This document shows, piece by piece, positions 54,322 through 63,937 of a stretch of 64,000 nt of DNA. Origin of the DNA: Candidatus Omnitrophota bacterium (lineage in GTDB: Bacteria; Omnitrophota; Gorgyraeia; Zapsychrales; Fredricksoniimonadaceae); the NCBI GenBank assembly GCA_028870995.1, contig JAGWOI010000004.1:17578-81577 (forward strand), in the 5' to 3' direction. The position numbers were made by a program, and so were the translations under genes. Within the stretch, counting starts at the first letter, position 1; each line of letters opens with the position of its first letter. Under the pieces are notes generated by a model that saw only the letters and a program-made list of their open reading frames with translations, was not told the origin of the DNA and searched no databases.

Positions 54322-55584
54322 ATGTCATTTGTTAAAGGTAAAACAGTAACAGTCATCGGCGCTGCCAGGAGCGGGATTGCGGTCGCCAACGCGGTTTTGC
54401 GTCTGGGCGGGGCGGCCAAGATTTCCGAGAGCAAGCCGCTGGATGAGTTCAGCGGCCGGCTTAAAGAGTTGTCCGACCCCGTAGGCGTGCGCATTGAACA
54501 TGGGGGGCACACCAAAGCCTTTATTCAGGACAGCGACTATGTGGTCCTTAGTCCAGGCGTGCGCCAGGACGCCCAGCCGGCGGCATGGGCAAGGCAGCAC
54601 GGCCTGGAAGTGATGGGCGAGGTTGAATTTGCCTTTCGTTTGTGCCCTTGCCCGATCGTAGCGGTCACGGGCAGCAACGGCAAGACCACCACTTCGACGG
54701 TGATCGCCGAGATCATCAAGGCCGCCGGCCGTACGGTCGTCTTGTGCGGCAATATCGGCAGCCCTTTTTCCAAACATGTGCTGGACTTGAGACCCTCGGA
54801 TACTGTTGTTTTGGAAATCAGTTCATTCCAATTGGAAAGCACCATCCGTTTCAAGCCCTTTGTCGCCGTGTGGACGAATTTCAGCCAGAACCATCTGGAC
54901 CGTCATAAGGACCTGAAGGAGTATTTTGACGCCAAGACCAGGATTTTTGCCAACCAGGATGAGCATGATTTCGCCGTGCTTAATTTTCAGACCCCGGAAC
55001 ACCGGAAATTGGTAACGAAGTTGAAAGCTAATTTGCTTTTTTTTAACATACCTGATAAGCCGGTGGGCACGGACAACCCCAACTATATGGCCGCCATGCA
55101 GGCCGCGCACGCCTTGGGAATCAGCGGCGAAACCTGCCTCAAGGTGTTTAGCGAGTTCAAGGGGGTTGAACACCGGTTGGAATTCGTGCGGCAGCTGGAG
55201 GGGGTCGATTATATCAATGATTCCAAATCCACGACGGTGGAAGCCGGGCGCTGGGCCCTGGAGAGGATGAACAAGCCCATCATGATGATCTGTGGGGGGC
55301 TGGACAAGCATTTGGATTATGCACCTTTAAAGGCGCTGGTGGCCCGGAAGGTCAAACGCATGGAGGCCATCGGCCAGGCCCGCGAGATCATGAAGGCCAC
55401 CTTCAGCGATGTGGTTGCAGTGGACACCTTTATGTCCCTGGAAGAGGCGGTCAAGGCCGCCCGTGCTGCTGCCAGGCCAGGGGAGTGCGTTCTGCTTTCG
55501 CCCATGTGTGCCAGCTTCGACATGTTCACCGACTATGAGCACCGGGGAGCTTGTTTTAAAGAAATCGTTAACGGGTTGACCTAA
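54322..55584 (+). CDS. murD: UDP-N-acetylmuramoylalanine--D-glutamate ligase
   Basis: Mur ligase P-loop GSNGKTTT and the MurD N-terminal Rossmann fold (VIGAARSG). Confidence 0.9.
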   Translation: MSFVKGKTVTVIGAARSGIAVANAVLRLGGAAKISESKPLDEFSGRLKELSDPVGVRIEHGGHTKAFIQDSDYVVLSPGVRQDAQPAAWARQHGLEVMGEVEFAFRLCPCPIVAVTGSNGKTTTSTVIAEIIKAAGRTVVLCGNIGSPFSKHVLDLRPSDTVVLEISSFQLESTIRFKPFVAVWTNFSQNHLDRHKDLKEYFDAKTRIFANQDEHDFAVLNFQTPEHRKLVTKLKANLLFFNIPDKPVGTDNPNYMAAMQAAHALGISGETCLKVFSEFKGVEHRLEFVRQLEGVDYINDSKSTTVEAGRWALERMNKPIMMICGGLDKHLDYAPLKALVARKVKRMEAIGQAREIMKATFSDVVAVDTFMSLEEAVKAARAAARPGECVLLSPMCASFDMFTDYEHRGACFKEIVNGLT

Positions 55585-55630
55585 GACGGGGACACTTCTG
55601 TCGTAAGTTAATACATTGCAATACGATACT

Positions 55631-55668
55631 TAGAAACGGTCCAATACATTAGAAACGGTCCAATACAT
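55631..55668 (+). repeat. Perfect 19-bp tandem direct repeat (TAGAAACGGTCCAATACAT x2) immediately upstream of the ftsW start codon, with a third partial copy (AATACAT) about 20 nt upstream
   Basis: Read directly from the sequence in the 85-nt murD-ftsW gap. Confidence 0.6.
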
Positions 55669-55669
55669 T

Positions 55670-56758
55670 ATGCGCCAGGAGAGAATCAATTTATCCATCA
55701 CTGTTTTGACCTTGATTTGCTTTGGCATCATCATGATTTATTCGGCCAGTTGTGTCAATGCCATGCAGACCTTCGGCGACAGCATGTATTTCCTTAAACG
55801 CCATCTGTTGTTTTTGACCCTGGGGCTGGTGGCGTCGTTTTTTATCATGCGCATGGATTACCGCCGGATACAACCTTTCGCCCGTCCTTTGATAGGCTTG
55901 TGCGTCCTTCTTTTGATTTTTGTCTTGATCCCCCATATCGGCAACGAAAGTTACGGCGCCCGCCGGTGGTTCAAGCTGGGCGTCTTCCATTTTCAGCCCT
56001 CGGAGCTCGCCAAACTGGCGCTGATCATCTATACGGCGGATTTCCTGCACCGTAAACAACACCTCGTCAGAAGTTTTAGGTATGGGTTCCTGCCGCCACT
56101 GATCGTCATGGGCATCTTATGCGCCTTGACCGTCAAGCAGCCGGATTTGGGCACGACTGTCGAAATGGCGGTCGTGACCCTCACGATGCTGTTCTTGGGT
56201 GGGGCAAGGCTTTGGCACTTGGGCCTGGTCTTCGGCTCCGCGGTGCCGGTATTGGTTTACCTTATCGTTAAAGAGCCCTACCGCATGGCACGCATCATTG
56301 CCTTTCTCGATCCCTGGCAGGACAGCCAGGGGATCGGCTTTCAATTGACCCAATCGCAGATCGCCCTGGGTTCCGGCGGCCTCTTCGGCGTGGGGCTGGG
56401 CCACAGCAAGCAGAAACTTTTTTACCTGCCGGCGGCACATACGGATTTCATCCTCTCCATCATCGGTGAAGAGCTGGGGCTTATCGGGACGCTGACCGTC
56501 ATCACCCTGTTTTGCCTTTTTATCTGGCAGGGTACCCGTATTGTGCGCCAGACCAACAATGCCTTCGGCTATTTTCTGGGGATGGGTATCGTCATGATGC
56601 TGGGCTTGCAGGCCATGGTTAATGTTGGCGTCAGTATCGGCGCCTTTCCCACCAAGGGCTTGCCGCTGCCGTTTATCAGCTACGGCGGCAGCGCTTTGAT
56701 CTTTCATTTGGCGGCCATTGCCTTGCTGTTGAACATTTCCAAGGTTGAGGACTACTGA
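55670..56758 (+). CDS. ftsW: Peptidoglycan glycosyltransferase FtsW (SEDS family)
   Basis: Ten-TM SEDS protein with conserved motifs (…IMIYSAS…; GGSAL). Confidence 0.9.
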   Translation: MRQERINLSITVLTLICFGIIMIYSASCVNAMQTFGDSMYFLKRHLLFLTLGLVASFFIMRMDYRRIQPFARPLIGLCVLLLIFVLIPHIGNESYGARRWFKLGVFHFQPSELAKLALIIYTADFLHRKQHLVRSFRYGFLPPLIVMGILCALTVKQPDLGTTVEMAVVTLTMLFLGGARLWHLGLVFGSAVPVLVYLIVKEPYRMARIIAFLDPWQDSQGIGFQLTQSQIALGSGGLFGVGLGHSKQKLFYLPAAHTDFILSIIGEELGLIGTLTVITLFCLFIWQGTRIVRQTNNAFGYFLGMGIVMMLGLQAMVNVGVSIGAFPTKGLPLPFISYGGSALIFHLAAIALLLNISKVEDY

Positions 56759-57822
56759 TGAAGGTTTTAATCGCCACCGGCGGCACAGGCGGCCACATTT
56801 TTCCCGCCATCGAGACGGCCAAGGCCTTGAGGACCAGGGGCCATCAGGTGAGTTTTGCCGGTGTTTTGGGAAGCAACGAGGCCAAGATCAGGGAACTGGA
56901 TTTTCCGGTATTTGCGTTAAGTGCCCAGGGCCTGACCGATGTCACCTTCAAGGGCTGGCTTAAATTCGCCGGCATCATGGGCCAGGCGGTGTTCCGTTCC
57001 TTTAGCGTGGTGCGTAAATGCGCGCCGGACAAGATCATGGGTTTTGGCAGTTACGGCGCGTTTCCCGTCGTCATGGCCGGCGCCCTGATGCGCTATCCGG
57101 TGGTGATCCATGAGCAGAATGTGGTGCCCGGGCGCGCCAATGCCTTCCTGGCCAATATCGTGAGAAAGGTGGCGATCAGTTTTGAGAGCAGCAGGCAGTT
57201 TTTCGCGCCGGGTAAGGCCATTTGGACTGGGTGCCCTTGCCATTACAAGTCCCTGCCGTCGAAGGCCGAAGGGCTGCTGGCCTTTGACCTGAAGGAAAAT
57301 AAAAACACGCTTGTGCTGGTGGGGGGATCCCAGGGCAGCCAAAAGCTCAATGAGGTGTTCTTCGAAATGATGAAGGACATGCCGCCGGCCGATTTCCAGG
57401 CCATCCATATGACCGGCGTCAAGGAATTCGCCAAGTATGAGGCTCTTTATCATCAGGAGAGCCTGCCTGTCAAGGTTTGCGCCTTTATCGACAACATCAC
57501 CCATGCCTATGCCGCCGCGGACCTTGTCATCGCCCGGGCCGGGGCGGCCACCATCAACGAATTGGGGCTCCTGGGCATTGCCGCCGTGCTGGTACCGTAC
57601 CCCTTTGCCGGCAATCATCAAAAATACAATGCCCGCATCCTGGCGATGGCCGGCGCCGCGGCGCTCATCGAGCAGAGAGATTTGACCAAGGCTTCCCTGA
57701 AAGAAGCGGTGGCCCGCATGTTGTTTTCCAATTTCACGAGGGAGGATATCCTAAAAAAGACCAAAGGCTTGTTTCAGGCGGACGCGGCGCTGCAATTGGC
57801 GCTGGTGACAGAAGGGCTATGA
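56758..57822 (+). CDS. murG: UDP-N-acetylglucosamine--N-acetylmuramyl-(pentapeptide) pyrophosphoryl-undecaprenol N-acetylglucosamine transferase
   Basis: N-terminal GGTGGH motif and a GT-B fold. Confidence 0.9.
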   Translation: MKVLIATGGTGGHIFPAIETAKALRTRGHQVSFAGVLGSNEAKIRELDFPVFALSAQGLTDVTFKGWLKFAGIMGQAVFRSFSVVRKCAPDKIMGFGSYGAFPVVMAGALMRYPVVIHEQNVVPGRANAFLANIVRKVAISFESSRQFFAPGKAIWTGCPCHYKSLPSKAEGLLAFDLKENKNTLVLVGGSQGSQKLNEVFFEMMKDMPPADFQAIHMTGVKEFAKYEALYHQESLPVKVCAFIDNITHAYAAADLVIARAGAATINELGLLGIAAVLVPYPFAGNHQKYNARILAMAGAAALIEQRDLTKASLKEAVARMLFSNFTREDILKKTKGLFQADAALQLALVTEGL

Positions 57823-57841
57823 AGAGCGGCAGAGGAGATCT

Positions 57842-58621
57842 GTGAAAATTATTCTTTTAACCGCGCTGGCCGTTTTGCTGGCCGACGTCTCATTTGCCGG
57901 TACGCCCCAGAGCGGCTGGCAGGTGATGAAGGGGCAGGATTTTGTCATTTATTACCGACAGGACGTGCCCAATGATTTTATCCAGACCACCATGGACACC
58001 GCCGAAGACGAATTAAGGGACGTGACGGACGACATGGGCATTATTGACGAGTCGCAGTGGGGGGACAAGCCGGTCAAGATTTACATTTATAGCAACCAGA
58101 GGGACTTTGTACAAAACGGCGGCCAGGCAGGCTGGTCGCACGGGGCGGCCTTTGCCAGGGCGCGTACCATCAAGGCCTACCCGGAAGCGTCGGGCTTTTT
58201 TGACAGCATCCTGCCGCATGAACTGGGGCATATTGTTTTCCGGGATGATATCGGATATACGGCGCAGGTGCCTTTGTGGTTCGAGGAGGGGGTGGCCATT
58301 TATCAGGAGAAGGCCAAGCGGCTGGGGTCGGATACGCTTGTGCGGGAGGCGTTAAAAAATGGCCAATTTATTCCTTTATCACAGCTGACAGGTATGCGAT
58401 TATATAAAAATACGGCCAACCAGGTGGTGGATGTCTTCTATACCGAATCGGCCAGTGTGGTCCATTATATGATCGAAGAATTGGGCCGGCGGGAATTTCT
58501 TATGCTTTGCGATGAGCTTAAGTCAGGCACGCCTTTCCAGACGGCCCTGCATAAAGTCTATCTAACATTCAGGACCATCGATGACTTAAACCAGGCATGG
58601 GTGGATTATTTACAAGGGTAA
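57842..58621 (+). CDS. Secreted peptidase-MA-like (HExxH) zinc-metallopeptidase-family protein inserted between murG and murC
   Basis: Signal peptide (MKIILLTALAVLLADVSFAG), an HELGH zinc-binding motif and a downstream Glu (EEGVAIY). Confidence 0.55.
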   Translation: MKIILLTALAVLLADVSFAGTPQSGWQVMKGQDFVIYYRQDVPNDFIQTTMDTAEDELRDVTDDMGIIDESQWGDKPVKIYIYSNQRDFVQNGGQAGWSHGAAFARARTIKAYPEASGFFDSILPHELGHIVFRDDIGYTAQVPLWFEEGVAIYQEKAKRLGSDTLVREALKNGQFIPLSQLTGMRLYKNTANQVVDVFYTESASVVHYMIEELGRREFLMLCDELKSGTPFQTALHKVYLTFRTIDDLNQAWVDYLQG

Positions 58622-58623
58622 TT

Positions 58624-60021
58624 ATGAGTAAACATTATCATTTGATCGGTATCGGCGGGATCGGGATGGGGACACTGGCGTCCTTGCTGTTGGACCAAGG
58701 GCATACCATCAGTGGTTCAGATGTGAAAGACAATGAAATGACCTCGGGGCTGCGCAAAAAGGGCGTGACCGTCGCCATAGGCCACAGTGCCGGCAATATC
58801 GCCAAGACCGTTGATTATGTGGTTTACTCATCGGCCATCCGTGTCACCAATCCTGAACTTTTCGAGGCGCATAGCCGTAATCTCCCCGTGCTGCAGCGCG
58901 CACAGGTGCTGGCCCAGCTGGCCAACCAGCAGCTGCCCATCACCATCGCCGGCGCACATGGGAAAACAACGACGACCTCCATGGTCTCGAGCCTCCTTAT
59001 CAACGCGGGCCTCAAACCCACCACGGCCATCGGCGGCATCATCAACGGCACGACCGCCTACAATGCCAACCTGGGGGAAGGCAAATATTTCGTGGCGGAA
59101 GTGGACGAAAGCGACGGCACCTTTCTTTATTTCAACCCGCAATATTCCATCATCACCAACATGGATTTCGAGCACGTCGATTTTTATAAAAACTGGGATG
59201 GGATCACTCAGGCCTATGGCCGGTTCATCAGCGGCACCCGGCCGCAGGGCTGCCTGATCGTTTGCGGGGAAGACAAACGGCTGACCGAGCTGGCCCGCGG
59301 GCAGAAGGCCGGCCTTATCACCTATGGCTTGAGCAGCGATTATGATGTTTTCGCCACGGACATGGTTTCCGACGGATTTCAATCCTCTTTTTGCGCTCAT
59401 GCCCGTCAGGCCCCAGTGGGCGCCTTCGAACTGAATGTCCCTGGCCGGCATAATATTTTGAATGCCCTGGCGTGTATCAGCTTAGGGCTGGAGCTTGGTG
59501 TCCCTTATGAGGTCATGTTCAGGACGCTGAAGAATTTCACCGGCGTCAAGCGCCGCTTTCAATTAAAGGGCAAAGCGGACGGGATCATGGTGATTGATGA
59601 TTATGGCCATCATCCCACGGAAATCGCCGCAACGTTGAATGCCGCCAGGCTGTTTGCGCCCAAGCGCCTTATCACCGTGTTCCAGCCCCACCGGTATTCA
59701 AGGACAAAGTTCCTGCTGAATGAATTTGCCGCCGCCTTGGGGCTTACGGATGAGCTGGTCCTGACCGATGTTTATGCGGCCAGCGAGAAAATCGGCGAGG
59801 GGGTAGGCACCGGCGCCCTGCTCGAGAAGCTGCAAGGTGCTCTGGGGGAGAGGGTCATTTACTTAAAAAAGGAAGATATTGTAAAACATGTGCAGGATCA
59901 TGTCCGTCCCGGTGATCTGGTGATTTTCTTGGGGGCGGGGGATATTTATCATCTTTCGGATGAATTGGTTAAAAACTTGGAAACCCCGCGCAAAGCTGGG
60001 GCGGTGGAAAGGGTTTTATGA
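58624..60021 (+). CDS. murC: UDP-N-acetylmuramate--L-alanine ligase
   Basis: Start refined to ATG 58624. MurC N-terminal motif (HLIGIGGIGM) and P-loop GAHGKTTTTS. Confidence 0.9.
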   Translation: MSKHYHLIGIGGIGMGTLASLLLDQGHTISGSDVKDNEMTSGLRKKGVTVAIGHSAGNIAKTVDYVVYSSAIRVTNPELFEAHSRNLPVLQRAQVLAQLANQQLPITIAGAHGKTTTTSMVSSLLINAGLKPTTAIGGIINGTTAYNANLGEGKYFVAEVDESDGTFLYFNPQYSIITNMDFEHVDFYKNWDGITQAYGRFISGTRPQGCLIVCGEDKRLTELARGQKAGLITYGLSSDYDVFATDMVSDGFQSSFCAHARQAPVGAFELNVPGRHNILNALACISLGLELGVPYEVMFRTLKNFTGVKRRFQLKGKADGIMVIDDYGHHPTEIAATLNAARLFAPKRLITVFQPHRYSRTKFLLNEFAAALGLTDELVLTDVYAASEKIGEGVGTGALLEKLQGALGERVIYLKKEDIVKHVQDHVRPGDLVIFLGAGDIYHLSDELVKNLETPRKAGAVERVL

Positions 60022-60968
60022 GTTCTCGTCAGTTCGGCAATATAGGTGTATTGATGGGCGGTTATTCCTCAGAACGGGAAATTTCCCTGCGTTCGGGCCA
60101 GGCTGTGGCTGAAGCGTTGTCCCAGGAAGGTTACCGGGTGGTGCCGCTGGACATCACCGCCAACGATAGCCCCAAGATCATCCAGCAAATCCAGAAAGCG
60201 CCTTTGGATGTGGCATTTATCGCCCTGCACGGCCGTCTGGGGGAAGACGGTACCATCCAGGACATCCTGGAAAAATTGGATATCCCTTATACCGGCTGCG
60301 GGGTGAAGGCCAGCCAAACGGCTTTTAATAAAATCCTTACCCAGAAGGCGCTGGCTGCCGCGGGCCTGCCGGTGCCGGTGCATTATTGCATCACCGATGG
60401 TAAAGTGGTGGATTTCAAGGGCGCCTGGAACCATATTAAATCAACACCCATGGTGGTCAAGCCGGCCTGCGAAGGCTCGAGCATCGGCGTGCATATGGTG
60501 CGCCATCCTTCCGAGTGGGAACCGGCTTTCAAGAACGCCTTGAATTACGGGCCGCAGATCATTATCGAGCAATTCATCAGGGGCCGGGAATTCACCGCCG
60601 GCATTTTCGACCGGGAATGCCTGCCGCTGGTGGAGATCTGCCCCAATGCCACTTTTTTTAATTTTACCGCCAAATACCAAAAGGGCGCCACCCAGTATGT
60701 ATGCCCTGCGGTCATCGATGAGGGGCTGGCAGGTAAAATCAAGGCGATGTCCCTGGCCGCCGCCGAGGTGCTGGGGTGCCAGGAGTTTTGCCGGGTGGAC
60801 CTGCGGGTGGACGATAACCGGCAGCCTTTCATCCTTGAGATCAATACCATTCCGGGGTTTACGGGAACAAGCCTTTTTCCCAAGGCGGCCAAGGAAGCCG
60901 GGTATAGTTTTGTGCAGGTCTGCGAGAAACTTCTGGATTTGGCCTATGGCAAAAAAGTCAAGCGTTAA
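60018..60968 (+). CDS. ddl: D-alanine--D-alanine ligase
   Basis: ATP-grasp fold with Ddl motifs (…ALHGRLGEDGT…; EINTIPGFT). Confidence 0.88.
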   Translation: MSSRQFGNIGVLMGGYSSEREISLRSGQAVAEALSQEGYRVVPLDITANDSPKIIQQIQKAPLDVAFIALHGRLGEDGTIQDILEKLDIPYTGCGVKASQTAFNKILTQKALAAAGLPVPVHYCITDGKVVDFKGAWNHIKSTPMVVKPACEGSSIGVHMVRHPSEWEPAFKNALNYGPQIIIEQFIRGREFTAGIFDRECLPLVEICPNATFFNFTAKYQKGATQYVCPAVIDEGLAGKIKAMSLAAAEVLGCQEFCRVDLRVDDNRQPFILEINTIPGFTGTSLFPKAAKEAGYSFVQVCEKLLDLAYGKKVKR

Positions 60969-61713
60969 TATCTCACCCATCGCGATCATCCGCGTTATTG
61001 TCTTTTTATTTATCGGTTTCGTTGTATTCACCGGCTATGTCAACGCCGTTGATTTTCTCACCAGCTCTCCCTTGTTTTCCGTTAAGGACGTGCTTATCGA
61101 CCGTTCCATCCAGTTTATCGACCTGCGGACGCTCAGGGAGATCCCCGGCACCAATATATTCGAGGTGGATATCAATAAGCTTGACCGTCAGATACGCCGC
61201 CGCTATCCTTATATCGCCGAGTTAAGGGTGGTGCGCCAGCTGCCGGACCGCATCCTGGTCCTGGCCAAGCAACGTGAGGCGCTGATGCAGATTTATTATA
61301 AGAAAAAGTATTTGCAGCTGGACACCGAGGGGGTGGCTTTATATTATACCCTGCAGCCGGCCGAGGTGCCCTTGGTTTTCGGGGTTCCTGTCGATAATTC
61401 ACTGTTCTTGGGCGGGACCGTTCGCGGGGCGAGCTTAAAAAAAGTAGTGAAGATTCTCAACATCTTCAAGCGTTCTCCCTACCTGAAACGCTGGCGCATT
61501 CACGCCGTCCAGGCGGGTAACCTGGCGAAAATAGACCTTTCTGTAGGAGAGAGCATGCATGTGATCCTTGATCAGGACAATACCGAGGAAAAGATCGGGC
61601 TGCTGCAGATGCTGGTGGCCTCGAACAAGCTCGATTTGAACAAGGTCAAATACATTGATTTGAGGTTTCATGAGCCCATCATCGCCAACAACGAGGAAGG
61701 CAAGGAAAAATAA
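60946..61713 (+). CDS. ftsQ: Cell division protein FtsQ/DivIB
   Basis: Start placed at ATG 60946; the longer ORF 60646..61713 overlaps ddl out of frame. TM helix (IIRVIVFLFIGFVVF) followed by POTRA-like and beta domains. Confidence 0.7.
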   Translation: MAKKSSVNISPIAIIRVIVFLFIGFVVFTGYVNAVDFLTSSPLFSVKDVLIDRSIQFIDLRTLREIPGTNIFEVDINKLDRQIRRRYPYIAELRVVRQLPDRILVLAKQREALMQIYYKKKYLQLDTEGVALYYTLQPAEVPLVFGVPVDNSLFLGGTVRGASLKKVVKILNIFKRSPYLKRWRIHAVQAGNLAKIDLSVGESMHVILDQDNTEEKIGLLQMLVASNKLDLNKVKYIDLRFHEPIIANNEEGKEK

Positions 61714-61715
61714 GG

Positions 61716-62948
61716 ATGTTTAGGAAAATGGCACAGACACAATATTTTTGCGGATTGGATTTGGGCACCCATACCCTGAAGGCTGGCATCATCTGCGCCA
61801 AGGACGAGGAGAATCTGGACCTGATGGGCGTCTTCGAGACCAGGGCCACGGGTTTCAAAGAAGCCTCCATCAGCGATATCGCCGAGCTGTCGGATTGTAT
61901 CCAGCATGTCATGCAGGGGGTGATGCAGAAGACCGGCATCAAGGTTCACGCCGTCCAGCTGGGGATCAGCGGCAGCTTTCTGGCTGTCCGGCGCAGTTCG
62001 GCCATCATTCCGCTGATCGACAGCGGCACCAAGGTGGTCTCCGCCTTTGATTTGCGCAAGGTGGATCACCAGGCCAAATTGCTGGGCGTCAACCTGGACG
62101 AGGACATTATCCATGATTTTCCGCAGTGGTACAGGGTCGATGACGTCAATACGTCCGCCAATCCGGCCGGGTTGGTGGGCCGGAAGATTGAATCCAGCCT
62201 TTTATTGTTGACGGCGCAAGCCTTGCGCCTGCGCAACTTGACCAAGGCCGTGCACCAGGCGGGCTTCGAGGTCAACAGTGTCGCCTTTAGCGGGTTTGCC
62301 GCGGGCGACGTTGCCGTTGACAAGGAAGATAAGACACAGGGCTGTGCCCTGGTGGATATCGGCGCCAACATCACCTCGGTGATTTTCTTCAAGAACGGCA
62401 TCGTGGGCGATGTGCAATTCATTCCCTGGGGCGGCAACTACATCACCCAAACGATCGCTGAGCGCTTAAGCCTTACTGTTGATTTGGCCGAGGAGATCAA
62501 AAAGACACAAGGCCAGGCCAGCCAGTCCGATCCCAAGGAGGTTTCCGGAGAAATCCTGGTTAAGCGTGAAAAGGGTTATATGCCCATCCGCCGGGAGGCT
62601 GTTTGCGAGGCGGTCAACTGGGAGATCGAAAATTTCCTGACCCATTTGGAGGCCGTGGTGAAGGGGTCGAATCTTTATTACCAATTGAACAAGGGGATCG
62701 TGATGGTGGGCGGGGGCTCGTTATTGACGGGTGCCATTGAGCGCATCGAAGAGCGGGTCAACCGTCCGGTGCGCATGGGGGCCTCGACACCGGGCTTGAA
62801 CAACGCGCCGGTCTATGCGGCGGCCATAGGCCTCGGCCGGATGCATTATTTGAAAAAGAAGCAGGAGTCTTTGAACATCAAGACCCCCGCGGCGTTCAAG
62901 GACAAGATCGTCAACAGCGTCAGAGAATTGTGCCAGGAATATTTTTAA
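61716..62948 (+). CDS. ftsA: Cell division protein FtsA
   Basis: Actin/ASKHA fold (GLDLGTHTLK; …VMVGGGSLL…). Confidence 0.88.
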   Translation: MFRKMAQTQYFCGLDLGTHTLKAGIICAKDEENLDLMGVFETRATGFKEASISDIAELSDCIQHVMQGVMQKTGIKVHAVQLGISGSFLAVRRSSAIIPLIDSGTKVVSAFDLRKVDHQAKLLGVNLDEDIIHDFPQWYRVDDVNTSANPAGLVGRKIESSLLLLTAQALRLRNLTKAVHQAGFEVNSVAFSGFAAGDVAVDKEDKTQGCALVDIGANITSVIFFKNGIVGDVQFIPWGGNYITQTIAERLSLTVDLAEEIKKTQGQASQSDPKEVSGEILVKREKGYMPIRREAVCEAVNWEIENFLTHLEAVVKGSNLYYQLNKGIVMVGGGSLLTGAIERIEERVNRPVRMGASTPGLNNAPVYAAAIGLGRMHYLKKKQESLNIKTPAAFKDKIVNSVRELCQEYF

Positions 62949-63316
62949 TAATCCTTGTCTTCGCGGGCGGGTTTTTGGTCGAAGCGGCGTTTGCTTAAGT
63001 TAAATTCGATGTTCCTGATGGCGCTGCGGATCCTGGAATTATGGCTGATGAGGTTTAAGACGCCAAGGGCTATCAATATCAGGAGCATGACGGTGAGGAT
63101 CATGGCGTAGCTTTGGATCAGCAGCAGTTGGGCGATGACATCGTTTTTGGGGACATCGAAGCTGGAATAGATCGTTTTAAGGCCGATGCCGAAGCCCAGG
63201 ATGAAAATAATGATGAGGATGACCTGGAAGAAAATGATGTAAAAATGCCGTCCCATCCACTGGCCGGCGCGGTTGTCCCATTGCCTTATCTTGGAAAGCA
63301 ACTCATTTTGTCCCAT
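62945..63316 (-). CDS. Small membrane protein (hypothetical), convergent with ftsA
   Basis: 123 aa with two TM helices (IIFFQVILIIIFILGFGIGL; ILTVMLLILIALGVLNLI). Confidence 0.4.
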   Translation of the reverse strand: MGQNELLSKIRQWDNRAGQWMGRHFYIIFFQVILIIIFILGFGIGLKTIYSSFDVPKNDVIAQLLLIQSYAMILTVMLLILIALGVLNLISHNSRIRSAIRNIEFNLSKRRFDQKPAREDKDY

Positions 63317-63366
63317 AGGATTCTTTTATTTTAGGGAGACAGAAGGCTGTTGCCAAGGGTTTTTTT

Positions 63367-63876
63367 ATGAATATGGCCCGTATTTTTTATTGGCTCTTCT
63401 TAAGTTTGTCCCTCTTTTCCGGATGCATCACGGCGCCTGGCGTCAACGGCACCCTCGGTTACAGCCAGGAAAGGCGGGTGGTGATCGTCGGAGAAAAAGT
63501 TTCCCCCAGCATCGCCGCCTTTTATCAGCGCAAGTACAACGCGCCGGTCTGGTTTACGCCCACCCGGGGCTTGCTCAAGGATTCCGCCGAGGTTGTCCTT
63601 AAAGGCTTCGGGCCTTCCCAGGCCATGCGTTCCCTGATCAATGAGCTGGAAAGCATTAATTATACCACCGGACGCTGGGAGATCATTGTGCCGGGCCTGG
63701 CCGAGGGGTATTTCCTGGATACGCTGAAGAACATGGGCGACGGGGCCTTGGCACATGCCCGCGGCGACTTCGTGCTGATCGACTCCAACGGCAACAAGGA
63801 GGTCGAGGCCCAGGTGGCGCGGGTGACCAACGAGAGTTTTTTTGTGACGTACGAATTCCGCAAGTATGACATTTAG
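63367..63876 (+). CDS. Lipoprotein, hypothetical
   Basis: Lipobox LFSGC after a hydrophobic leader. 169 aa. Confidence 0.45.
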   Translation: MNMARIFYWLFLSLSLFSGCITAPGVNGTLGYSQERRVVIVGEKVSPSIAAFYQRKYNAPVWFTPTRGLLKDSAEVVLKGFGPSQAMRSLINELESINYTTGRWEIIVPGLAEGYFLDTLKNMGDGALAHARGDFVLIDSNGNKEVEAQVARVTNESFFVTYEFRKYDI

Positions 63877-63913
63877 CGGAAGACCTCTGAAAATCATTTC
63901 TCAACCATGTCAC

Positions 63914-63937
63914 ACCAGCCGTTGGCTGGTTTTTTTA
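63914..63937 (+). terminator. Rho-independent terminator
   Basis: CCAGCC-GTTG-GCTGG followed by a T7 run. Confidence 0.7.
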
